Notes under the pieces: generated by a model | Database searches by the model: none | What the model was told of the DNA's origin: nothing | The model's input: the letters and a program-made list of their open reading frames with translations, nothing else | Position numbers and translations under genes: made by a program | Source of the DNA: a virus | Reading direction: 5' to 3' (one strand) | Virus record (IMG/VR): IMGVR_UViG_3300029505_000004 | Location: 1 to 64,000 of that record | DNA length: 64,000 nucleotides | In this document: positions 54,339-61,262 of the stretch, piece by piece | How positions within the stretch are numbered: position 1 is the stretch's first letter | Layout: each line of letters starts with the position of its first letter

Positions 54339-54557
54339 CTAATAACATATTTTACAAGGCCGTCTTGATTTCTTTGCTTTCTCCAGCGATATTTCTTTAA
54401 CATCACCAGAACAATTCCTAAGACCTTTGCAGTCTTTGTATTTATGATATACTTTAGCTTTTGGCCCGGTACAGATATAAACCGTATCTGATTTATCACT
54501 TTGTAAGCCGCACGAAATTAATGCAGCACATGCCATTATACCCAATAACATCTTCAT
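54339..54557 (-). CDS. small lipoprotein (72 aa), moron
   Basis: MKMLLGIMACAALISCG lipobox; Cys-rich YHKYKDCKGLRNC...PCKICY; AT-rich. Confidence 0.6.
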   Translation of the reverse strand: MKMLLGIMACAALISCGLQSDKSDTVYICTGPKAKVYHKYKDCKGLRNCSGDVKEISLEKAKKSRRPCKICY

Positions 54558-55081
54558 AGTTCTTCATTATTAGAATTTATACTTTGTTCATTTAAAGAGT
54601 TGTTCCAGTAGCTAAGTGTAAAATACCAATACATTTCACCACCTTTTGATTCTGCGTATTTAAAAGTTATAAGACAAGAATTAAATTCATCAAAAAAATA
54701 CTTCTTTTTCGTGTTACTCTCATCCACTTCGTACTGATTTATTATATCGTATTTTTCATCTAACTTATCTTTAAAGAAATTATAATCTTCTAGTGCGTCA
54801 GACCTTCTTTTATAAGGAATGCTAAAATCTATCGAATAGAACTCTTCATTATAAAATTGCATTTCTACAAATTTCCATGAATAACCTGCAAAATCTTGAT
54901 CATAAAGCATTAAAGAGTTTTGATCTTCTCTAAAGTATATGTTATCTCTATTAAGTCCGCTTTTAATAACCTTTTTATTCAATCCGAAAAAATATCCCCA
55001 AAATTTATTTTGCACAGTTTGTTGGCAAAAGATATTTAATGAAAAGAAAAACAGACAAATAAAAATTATATATTTTTTCAT
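54554..55081 (-). CDS. secreted hypothetical protein (175 aa), moron
   Basis: Signal peptide MKKYIIFICLFFFSLNIFCQQ; AT-rich; ATGA coupling to the lipoprotein gene. Confidence 0.6.
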   Translation of the reverse strand: MKKYIIFICLFFFSLNIFCQQTVQNKFWGYFFGLNKKVIKSGLNRDNIYFREDQNSLMLYDQDFAGYSWKFVEMQFYNEEFYSIDFSIPYKRRSDALEDYNFFKDKLDEKYDIINQYEVDESNTKKKYFFDEFNSCLITFKYAESKGGEMYWYFTLSYWNNSLNEQSINSNNEEL

Positions 55082-55083
55082 GC

Positions 55084-55704
55084 TTATAATCTTATACTTC
55101 CAACAACTAAATTATACGATCTTATATCCTCTTTGGGTATCGAGAAGTCTGGAAACTCCGGATTGAAGGACTTGCACACAATATAATCTCCATTATCATA
55201 TATCCTTTTAATGACAACGCCTTGAGTTGTATCTAATACATGTACTCTTCCCCATTGAAGAAACCTCTTTTCGTTTACCCGCAAACACGCCACTTCATCA
55301 CCGGCAAAATATTCCGGCTCCATACTCCGGCCGACTATTCTGATAGTAAAATCATATCTGGGGAAAACTCCTATTATAGGAACCTGTTCGCATTGATACT
55401 CCGCCACACCCTCTACTGTTTCGGTGAGTGTGCCTGCTGCCGCATCATAGGGTATTCTGGGGCGAGTATTATTCTTATCGAAGAACTGTTCTTTAGAGAT
55501 AACCATATCACCTACTCCATTTAAAAGCCAGTCTGAATTCAAATCAGGATAAACACAGAGTATTCTCTGTAATTTATCCGCTCCTATGCCTTTAGAAATG
55601 TTGTTTACAAATCCATTGCTCAAGCCAACGGACTTTTCAAAACGACTTTGGCTAAGCCCTTTGTGCTTTATAAAAGCAACAAGTCTATCTTTTACGGTAA
55701 GCAT
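55084..55704 (-). CDS. CI/LexA-type repressor (HTH plus S24 peptidase domain)
   Basis: N-terminal HTH KHKGLSQSRFEKSVGLSNGFVNNISKG; S24 motifs VGRSMEP (Ser) and VVIKRI (Lys). Confidence 0.85.
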   Translation of the reverse strand: MLTVKDRLVAFIKHKGLSQSRFEKSVGLSNGFVNNISKGIGADKLQRILCVYPDLNSDWLLNGVGDMVISKEQFFDKNNTRPRIPYDAAAGTLTETVEGVAEYQCEQVPIIGVFPRYDFTIRIVGRSMEPEYFAGDEVACLRVNEKRFLQWGRVHVLDTTQGVVIKRIYDNGDYIVCKSFNPEFPDFSIPKEDIRSYNLVVGSIRL

Positions 55705-55727
55705 ACAATATATAATTAATGTTAATT

Positions 55728-55776
55728 ACAGAAATTTCTCTATGTTTTTATACTCGCTTTACAGAGATTTCTCTAT
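55728..55776. promoter_or_regulatory. two 16-bp direct repeats ACAGA(A/G)ATTTCTCTAT (operator candidates), 33 bp apart
   Basis: Copies at 55728-55743 (contains the perfect palindrome AGAAATTTCT) and 55761-55776. Confidence 0.55.
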
Positions 55777-55781
55777 CTTTG
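55774..55781 (+). promoter_or_regulatory. Bacteroides-type -7 promoter element TATCTTTG (rightward)
   Basis: Exact TAnnTTTG match overlapping operator copy 2. Confidence 0.35.
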
Positions 55782-55866
55782 CACAGAACAAAGTAAGTAA
55801 GTAAACGCAAAGCAAGAAAAAAAGAGCGACTACCGGAGTAGACACTACACACACATTCTATAAATA

Positions 55867-55874
55867 CAAAGATA
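55867..55874 (-). promoter_or_regulatory. Bacteroides-type -7 promoter element TATCTTTG (leftward, toward the repressor gene)
   Basis: Plus strand CAAAGATA is the reverse complement of TATCTTTG. Confidence 0.3.
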
Positions 55875-55913
55875 GGAAATTCTTTTGTTCTTGCCGCATA
55901 AACACAGGAAAAT

Positions 55914-56135
55914 ATGTCGGATAAAATAACAGTAACAGACATTCAGAGGATTGAGCCGGGTACCTCAATGACGTGGACACTCCCTCCTGCTAAATGCTTG
56001 TCAGCAAAAGCAATGGCATACGAATATGCCTTCAAGAAGAAGGATCCTCGCATAGAGAGATACAAGGTAAGTATCAACACCAAAGAATCAAAGATAACCA
56101 TTACAGCAATACCAGTTAAACCCAAACAATTATGA
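55914..56135 (+). CDS. hypothetical early protein (73 aa), divergent from the repressor
   Basis: First ORF on the opposite strand from the repressor. Confidence 0.5.
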   Translation: MSDKITVTDIQRIEPGTSMTWTLPPAKCLSAKAMAYEYAFKKKDPRIERYKVSINTKESKITITAIPVKPKQL

Positions 56136-56350
56136 TGAACAGAATTTCTAAAACAGCTTTAGCCGCTATTACGGCAATTATCTTAATCGGTTTTCTAGTC
56201 AATAACCGGAAAGACTATTCTTCAGATGTTATCAGCCAGATCAATGAAAATGCAAAGGCTTCCATCATGTATAAGCTGGGGCCGGATGCAACAGATACCG
56301 AGATCGCGCGCGAATACCTAACCAATAAAGACTTCTACGATGCTCAATGA
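56132..56350 (+). CDS. small membrane protein (72 aa)
   Basis: ATGA coupling; TM segment ALAAITAIILIGFLV. Confidence 0.5.
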   Translation: MMNRISKTALAAITAIILIGFLVNNRKDYSSDVISQINENAKASIMYKLGPDATDTEIAREYLTNKDFYDAQ

Positions 56351-56570
56351 AACGGCAATAATGATCACGATGAACAATAAGACGTTTGGCCTTCGTGAAT
56401 CAGCGTCTATTGTCGGTGGAATGTCACGTTTGCAAAAGCTTCTTGACAACGGATCTATAAGGTTCCACAAGAAGAGTGACAAACAAAATGCCAAGACGTT
56501 CTGCAATGCGTGGGACGTTCTGAAAAATGCTTCGATTGAACGTGCCATAGTAGGCCGTCCAAGAAAGTAA
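56340..56570 (+). CDS. hypothetical protein (76 aa), possible small DNA-binding protein
   Basis: ORF overlapping the upstream gene by 11 nt; weak HTH-like LRESASIVGGMSRLQKLLDNGSI. Confidence 0.45.
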   Translation: MLNETAIMITMNNKTFGLRESASIVGGMSRLQKLLDNGSIRFHKKSDKQNAKTFCNAWDVLKNASIERAIVGRPRK

Positions 56571-56574
56571 GATA

Positions 56575-56646
56575 CGCTTTGTAGTTCAACGGATAGAACG
56601 GAAGTTTCCTAAACTTCAAATCCGGGTTCGATCCCCGGCAAAGTGA
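56575..56646 (+). tRNA. tRNA-Arg (anticodon CCU)
   Basis: Hand-folded cloverleaf. Acceptor CGCTTTG/CAAAGTG (one G-U); D arm GTTC-AACGGATA-GAAC; anticodon arm GAAGT-TTCCTAA-ACTTC; T arm CCGGG-TTCGATC-CCCGG. Confidence 0.85.
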
Positions 56647-57007
56647 CACAATAAAATAGATCTTTGACATGCTTAACATACAAACATGTACTGACGTTAA
56701 GAAATGACATCTAGCGGAAACGCGGTTATGGTGTCTGGGCTTGTCAGTACATTATCAAGTCCAAAACAATTGCTGATTAAACGGCTGGGTATGTCCCTTA
56801 ATGACAAGATCGCGCTTGCGGCCACCCCTGTGGTAAGATTCCACCAGATTATTCTGTGACAGGTTGAAGCCTTCGAGGGGTACTGCCAAAGTTCATAAGG
56901 TTTTTTTTCTAAGCTAGGATTGTCTTTTGGGTTAATTTATTTTGTTTAAATGGTTTTTTATCTTTCCTGCTGGTCTGTGAAGATCGGCAGGTTTCTTTAA
57001 AAAACAC

Positions 57008-57081
57008 GGATCAGTAGCTTAGTTGGTGAAAGCGGCGGCCTCATAAGCCGAAGATCCACGGTTCAAGCCCGTGCTGATCCA
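57008..57081 (+). tRNA. tRNA with CAU anticodon (Met, or Ile2 if lysidine-modified)
   Basis: Acceptor GGATCAG/CTGATCC; D arm GCTT-AGTTGGTGA-AAGC; anticodon loop CTCATAA; T arm CACGG-TTCAAGC-CCGTG. Confidence 0.85.
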
Positions 57082-57128
57082 CGCTTGTAGAAAAGCAATT
57101 CTATTTTCTTAATCTTAACCACTGGACA

Positions 57129-57193
57129 GGGGCTGTAGATCAATGTAGATCATCACTTCGGTGAAGATGCGGATTCGTAACCCGCCAGCTCCA
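57129..57193 (+). ncRNA. degenerate tRNA-like element (65 nt) whose anticodon arm is replaced by a TCAC-TTCG-GTGA mini-hairpin
   Basis: Acceptor GGGGCTG/CAGCTCC (one G-U); GATC/GATC D-like stem; T-arm-like GCGGA-TTCGTAA-CCCGC with an A-C mismatch; no GG in the D loop. Confidence 0.3.
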
Positions 57194-57248
57194 CAATACT
57201 TGTAACTAACAGCAAAGGTGGTGTGAATGCGCCAGGGCTTGTGATCAA

Positions 57249-57281
57249 GGAATGCGTTGGGAATGCGTTGGGAATGCGTGT
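57249..57281. repeat. 11-bp tandem repeat GGAATGCGTTG x3
   Basis: Direct reading. Confidence 0.9.
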
Positions 57282-57362
57282 CTGGTGATATGGGGCCTAG
57301 TATGTCAGGCGGCGGCGGTGATGAACCGTGGGCACCGTGGAAAAGCGTGATAGATAAACAGA

Positions 57363-57397
57363 GCAAGACGTCCCGCAAGACGTCCCGCAAGATGTCC
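57363..57397. repeat. 12-bp tandem repeat GCAAGACGTCCC x3 (third copy diverged)
   Basis: Direct reading. Confidence 0.9.
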
Positions 57398-57540
57398 TTG
57401 AGAGACCAAGTACGCGAGCCAGTAAGCATCATTAATGGGAAGAGTTGCCGGTTAAATTCAATAGCGTATCTCTTTTTTTTTTAAAAAAAGTCGTCCGCTA
57501 AATGGGAAAGCTACACCCTATTCCTAAAAAAACCTGGCAT

Positions 57541-57596
57541 TTGCTAGCAATTGCTAGCATTTGGTAGCATTTGCTAGGTTTGCTAGCAATTGCTTT
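57541..57596. repeat. about six 10-bp-phased units TTGCTAGCA(A/T), core palindrome TGCTAGCA (iteron/operator array, left)
   Basis: TTGCTAGCAA TTGCTAGCAT TTGGTAGCAT TTGCTAGGT TTGCTAGCAA TTGCTTTCAC. Confidence 0.9.
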
Positions 57597-57626
57597 CACT
57601 CGCCAAAAAAATACGCTAAATTCTTC

Positions 57627-57634
57627 TATTTTTG
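57627..57634 (+). promoter_or_regulatory. TAnnTTTG -7-like element (TATTTTTG) in the AT-rich spacer between the two arrays
   Basis: Exact motif match; no clear -33 TTTG partner seen. Confidence 0.25.
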
Positions 57635-57721
57635 GAAGAATAAATCAATTTTCGATGAAATATTTTTACATGGTTAATTAGTTGTATTTCAGCGAGTAAA
57701 GTATCATCAAAGAGGTTGAAG

Positions 57722-57757
57722 TCTAGCAAATGCTAGCAAATGCTAGCAAATGCTACA
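57722..57757. repeat. 3.5 x 10-bp units TGCTAGCAAA (iteron/operator array, right; inverted relative to the left array)
   Basis: TCTAGCAAA TGCTAGCAAA TGCTAGCAAA TGCTACA. Confidence 0.9.
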
Positions 57758-57826
57758 TGATATATGATATATATAATAAGATAATATATATTATTAACCC
57801 CTTTATATTTCCCCTTAGAACTTTCA

Positions 57827-57859
57827 GCTTGTCCGGTCATATCCGGACAGGCTTTTTTT
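57827..57859 (+). terminator. strong rho-independent terminator with no upstream ORF
   Basis: GCTTGTCCGG-tcatat-CCGGACAGGC stem (10 bp, one G-U) followed by TTTTTTT. Confidence 0.75.
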
Positions 57860-57880
57860 ATAACCTAAAACTTAATCACA

Positions 57881-58054
57881 ATGGAAGAAAAAAACATTCT
57901 GCTGATCGGACAGGATTCTCAAGGTAATCTGGTTCTGGTTAAACGTCCTGAAGATGGAACTTCATTTTCTGAACAGACGCTGAAATTAAATGAAGAAGAT
58001 CAGGTTCTTCTGAAAAACTATTTGTCAACCATTAAAACAAAATCAAATGAGTAA
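57881..58054 (+). CDS. small ORF (57 aa, MEEKNILLIGQDSQGNLVLVKRPEDGTSF...), not in the track
   Basis: Hand translation; its 3' end overlaps the RecT-like gene start by 8 nt (ATGAGTAA). Confidence 0.5.
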   Translation: MEEKNILLIGQDSQGNLVLVKRPEDGTSFSEQTLKLNEEDQVLLKNYLSTIKTKSNE

Positions 58055-58991
58055 CGTATCAATGAAATTAAGCGAATTCCAGAAGTTCAATTCTGAAAAC
58101 ATTCTGGAGTATGATGTAGTCCAGGAAAAGGTTGTTGAATTATACAACATGATCTGGGGGCAAGGCGGTGAATCCTTCATCGAACGTGAGACACAGAACT
58201 TCCTGAAGATTATCCGGGAAAGCAAAGCCTTAAAAGCATGTACGGCTTTCTCGGTATATACTTGCATGATTGATCTTGCAGTTACCGGCCTGACAGTTGA
58301 ACCGGGCGCACAGGCAATGGCTTATCTGATCCCACGCAATGTATGTATCGGGAAAAGCCCAAACAACGGACAGGATATCTACGAAGCGCGCTGTCAGTTG
58401 AAAATCTCCGGATATGGCGAATTATCCATGCGTACAGCTTCCGGCCAGATCCTTTATGCTGACAATCCTATCATAGTATACGACAATGATGATTTTTCCT
58501 GCTCAGTTTCCGGAGATGTCAAGAATGTGGAATATAAGTGCAACCTTCCGCACAAAGGACATCAGATAATCGGTTGCTTTGTCCGCATAGTAAGGCCAGA
58601 CCACTCTGTCGATTATTCCTGGCTCCTTGAAGAAGAGATTGAACGCCTGAAAGGTTACTCCTTAAAAGCAAACAGAAAATGGAATGATAGGGACAGAAAA
58701 TGGGAATTAAAGGCTAATGATCTCTATTCATCTAATGATGGCCAGATAGATTCCGGTTTTCTGATCGCCAAGACTATCAAACACGCCTTCAAGACTTATC
58801 CCAAATTGAGGATCGGTAAATACACCAGTCTCCAGTCTGACGATAATACACAGGATCCGGCAATGGATATCTATCAGGTCCAACAGCCAGAACAGGACAG
58901 ACCATTCGGCCCTGATGTGAACAACATTGCTCAGGGTGTCAGAATAGAACCTAAAGATACAGACCAGAAAAGTGATGATACACCATTTTAA
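58047..58991 (+). CDS. recT: RecT-family single-strand annealing protein
   Basis: AMAYLIPRN ... QLKISGYGELSMRTASGQI ... IIVYDNDDF resembles the RecT core. Confidence 0.65.
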   Translation: MSNVSMKLSEFQKFNSENILEYDVVQEKVVELYNMIWGQGGESFIERETQNFLKIIRESKALKACTAFSVYTCMIDLAVTGLTVEPGAQAMAYLIPRNVCIGKSPNNGQDIYEARCQLKISGYGELSMRTASGQILYADNPIIVYDNDDFSCSVSGDVKNVEYKCNLPHKGHQIIGCFVRIVRPDHSVDYSWLLEEEIERLKGYSLKANRKWNDRDRKWELKANDLYSSNDGQIDSGFLIAKTIKHAFKTYPKLRIGKYTSLQSDDNTQDPAMDIYQVQQPEQDRPFGPDVNNIAQGVRIEPKDTDQKSDDTPF

Positions 58992-59002
58992 CAAAAATCA
59001 TT

Positions 59003-60184
59003 ATGGAAAAACAGCTAATTAACTACAATGACATTACTAGCATTGCGCAGATTGCGCCTGATGCGGTAACCAACAACCAGACTTCGGCAGCGGCATGTTT
59101 ACAATACGGGGAAAATCTTCTCCGTATTGTCGAAGAAGAAGGAATGAATGATGAAATAGATGAAAAGCTGGCCAACTATATCAAAAGGTCCAGATCTACC
59201 ATTCAGGCTATGACGGACCGGAGAAAGCCGGTTACCCAGTTGTTTGACAATATCCGTTCAGGATTTACTCAGCTTGAATCAAGCATAGATCCAAAGGTAG
59301 CCGGATCCCCGGCAAACAAAGCCCAGAAGCTTCGCGATGATTATGCGAGAAAGAAACATGAAGAAGAACAGAAAAGAAGGAAGGAAGCAGAACTTCTTGC
59401 ACGGAAGCAACAGGAAAGGGCCAAGTACCGTGAAGATCTGGAACAGGAATTGTTCGGGTTCTTCAACCAGAAAACAACTCAGTCTATCAACAAGCTGATA
59501 ACTCTTAATAAGTCAATCACATTGCAAACCTTTGACGCGGTTTCAGCTGATATACAATCTTTCGACTGTACTTTCCCCGTTTCCGAACTTTCCAGATACA
59601 CATTCGGAGTAATGCTTCCTTCTTCTCTTGATATGACAGAGATACAGACTATCCAGAAAGAAGTTCTCCAGAAAGGTCAGGCAATGATGGAACAATACAA
59701 CTTTGACGTGCAGGATCAGAAGGACAGCATAATGCAGGTACTTCCTTCCAAGTACAACGAACTTCTTGCTATCGAAGAACAAAGAAAGACAGACGAACAG
59801 GCTGCCTTGTTGAGAGAAGAAGAAATGAAGCGCAAGGAAGCTGAAGAACAGGCCCGTCAGGATCTCCAGAGGAAACAGGCAGAAGAACTTCTTAAGCAAC
59901 AGTCTGCCGCGGCCAACTTGTTTCAGGCTTCTTCTACAACTTTTGTCAGTTCTCCGGAAAAGAAGATTAAAGTCAAGAAATGTGTTAATGTTCTTAACCC
60001 GATAGGATATGCAGAGATATTCAACTACTGGTGGATAAACGAAGGCCAGCACTTGAATGAAGAAGAAATGAAGAAAATATTCAAGAAGCAGATCACTTAT
60101 GCAGAGAAGGCTGCAAACCAGGCAAGGCCAGACTTCATCCAGTCAGACAATATACAATACATTGATGATGTGAAAGCGAAATGA
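59003..60184 (+). CDS. hypothetical coiled-coil protein (393 aa)
   Basis: Long ORF with E/K/Q/R-rich helical blocks. Confidence 0.6.
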   Translation: MEKQLINYNDITSIAQIAPDAVTNNQTSAAACLQYGENLLRIVEEEGMNDEIDEKLANYIKRSRSTIQAMTDRRKPVTQLFDNIRSGFTQLESSIDPKVAGSPANKAQKLRDDYARKKHEEEQKRRKEAELLARKQQERAKYREDLEQELFGFFNQKTTQSINKLITLNKSITLQTFDAVSADIQSFDCTFPVSELSRYTFGVMLPSSLDMTEIQTIQKEVLQKGQAMMEQYNFDVQDQKDSIMQVLPSKYNELLAIEEQRKTDEQAALLREEEMKRKEAEEQARQDLQRKQAEELLKQQSAAANLFQASSTTFVSSPEKKIKVKKCVNVLNPIGYAEIFNYWWINEGQHLNEEEMKKIFKKQITYAEKAANQARPDFIQSDNIQYIDDVKAK

Positions 60185-60831
60185 ATCCGGATAATTACTA
60201 CAACAGAAACGAAATCAGCAATTCGGATCTTACAGAGTTAAAGAATCTTCTTTATCCCCGGCTTCAGTTCGGGGATAAAGAAAAGATCTTTGCCTTCGGA
60301 TCTCTTGTGGATGCAATAATCACGGAACCTGCAAGGGTAAACTACTTTCAGCTAAAGGTTGATGATGTTCAATATACGGAAGATGATTTTGCACTTGCAC
60401 GCGAAATGCACAAGTCACTTCTGATGGAAGCCAGAAAAGATCAGTTCCTAGCTTACGTGCTTGAAAATTCCGATACACAGAAGTTCATGGTAAAGGAACG
60501 GGAGTTTGACTATTGCGACTTTAAGTTCACTTTACCTACGCGATGTAAATGGGACTGGTTCCTGTCGGCTGCCGGTTTTGGCGGTGATCTGAAAACCACG
60601 TTCGCCAGATCGCAACAGGAGTTTGACGAAGCAGTAGACTTCTTCGACTGGGACAGAAGTCGCGCATGGTATATGGATATTGCCGGATCAGATAAAGACT
60701 TCATCTATGCGATAAGTAAGAAAAACTGCAAGATCTTCAAAAAATTCATTGAGAGAGGTGATCAAGTGTATAGACGTGGCTTTGACAAGTATAACGAATT
60801 GGCGTTCAAATATTATCTGTTTGTGTTATGA
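60181..60831 (+). CDS. PD-(D/E)xK exonuclease (RecT partner candidate)
   Basis: GSLVDAIITE, CKWDWF and GDLKTT fit motifs I-III of RecB/YqaJ-like nucleases; ATGA coupling. Confidence 0.55.
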   Translation: MNPDNYYNRNEISNSDLTELKNLLYPRLQFGDKEKIFAFGSLVDAIITEPARVNYFQLKVDDVQYTEDDFALAREMHKSLLMEARKDQFLAYVLENSDTQKFMVKEREFDYCDFKFTLPTRCKWDWFLSAAGFGGDLKTTFARSQQEFDEAVDFFDWDRSRAWYMDIAGSDKDFIYAISKKNCKIFKKFIERGDQVYRRGFDKYNELAFKYYLFVL

Positions 60832-61262
60832 AGATATTGTGTGTTGTTACTGAAAATGGTCTAGCCCCAAAGTATGACAGTGACCGGGAAGAGTTTTCCC
60901 GGCTTAAAAGAAACACTGATGTTTTGGTAGAGGTGGGGCAAAAGAGAAATTATGAGTTTCACAAAAAATTCTTTGCCCTTCTTAAGTTGACATACGATAA
61001 CTTCCCGGAATGGATGGAAGATAATCTGAATGTACATTCTGTTGAGGATCTCAGGACGCGTCTTAAGATTGATCTGGGCCTGTACGAAGTTTCGCATTAC
61101 GGGAACCAGTCTGTAATTATACCGAAATCTATTGCATTTGACAAGATGGATGAAACTGAATTTGAAAAGTTCTACAAAATGTCAGTAAATCACATTTTGA
61201 AAAACTATCTCAAAGGAGTAACTAACGAGCAAATTGAGGAAGAAATATGGAAGTTCCTATAA
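60828..61262 (+). CDS. hypothetical protein (144 aa; DUF1367-like from memory)
   Basis: ATGA coupling; KRNYEFHKKFFALLKLTYDN block. Confidence 0.5.
   Translation: MKILCVVTENGLAPKYDSDREEFSRLKRNTDVLVEVGQKRNYEFHKKFFALLKLTYDNFPEWMEDNLNVHSVEDLRTRLKIDLGLYEVSHYGNQSVIIPKSIAFDKMDETEFEKFYKMSVNHILKNYLKGVTNEQIEEEIWKFL

Noticed and set aside
56704-56859. 51-codon ORF (MTSSGNAVMVSGLV...) between the two tRNA genes
   Set aside because: It is short, has no coupling to neighbours and no motif. It is kept only as a note, and the region could equally be a structured RNA or processing spacer.
57115-57484. Track ORFs 57115..57432(-) and 57257..57484(+)
   Set aside because: Both are built from short tandem DNA repeats in a tRNA/regulatory zone and overlap each other on opposite strands. 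They are likely non-coding.
57240-57760. CRISPR array
   Set aside because: The repeats are 10-12 bp tandem units with no unique spacers of CRISPR size, and no cas genes are present.
57730-57927. Track ORF 57730..57927(+)
   Set aside because: It starts inside the TGCTAGCAAA array, is low-complexity and AT-driven, and reads straight through a strong terminator hairpin.
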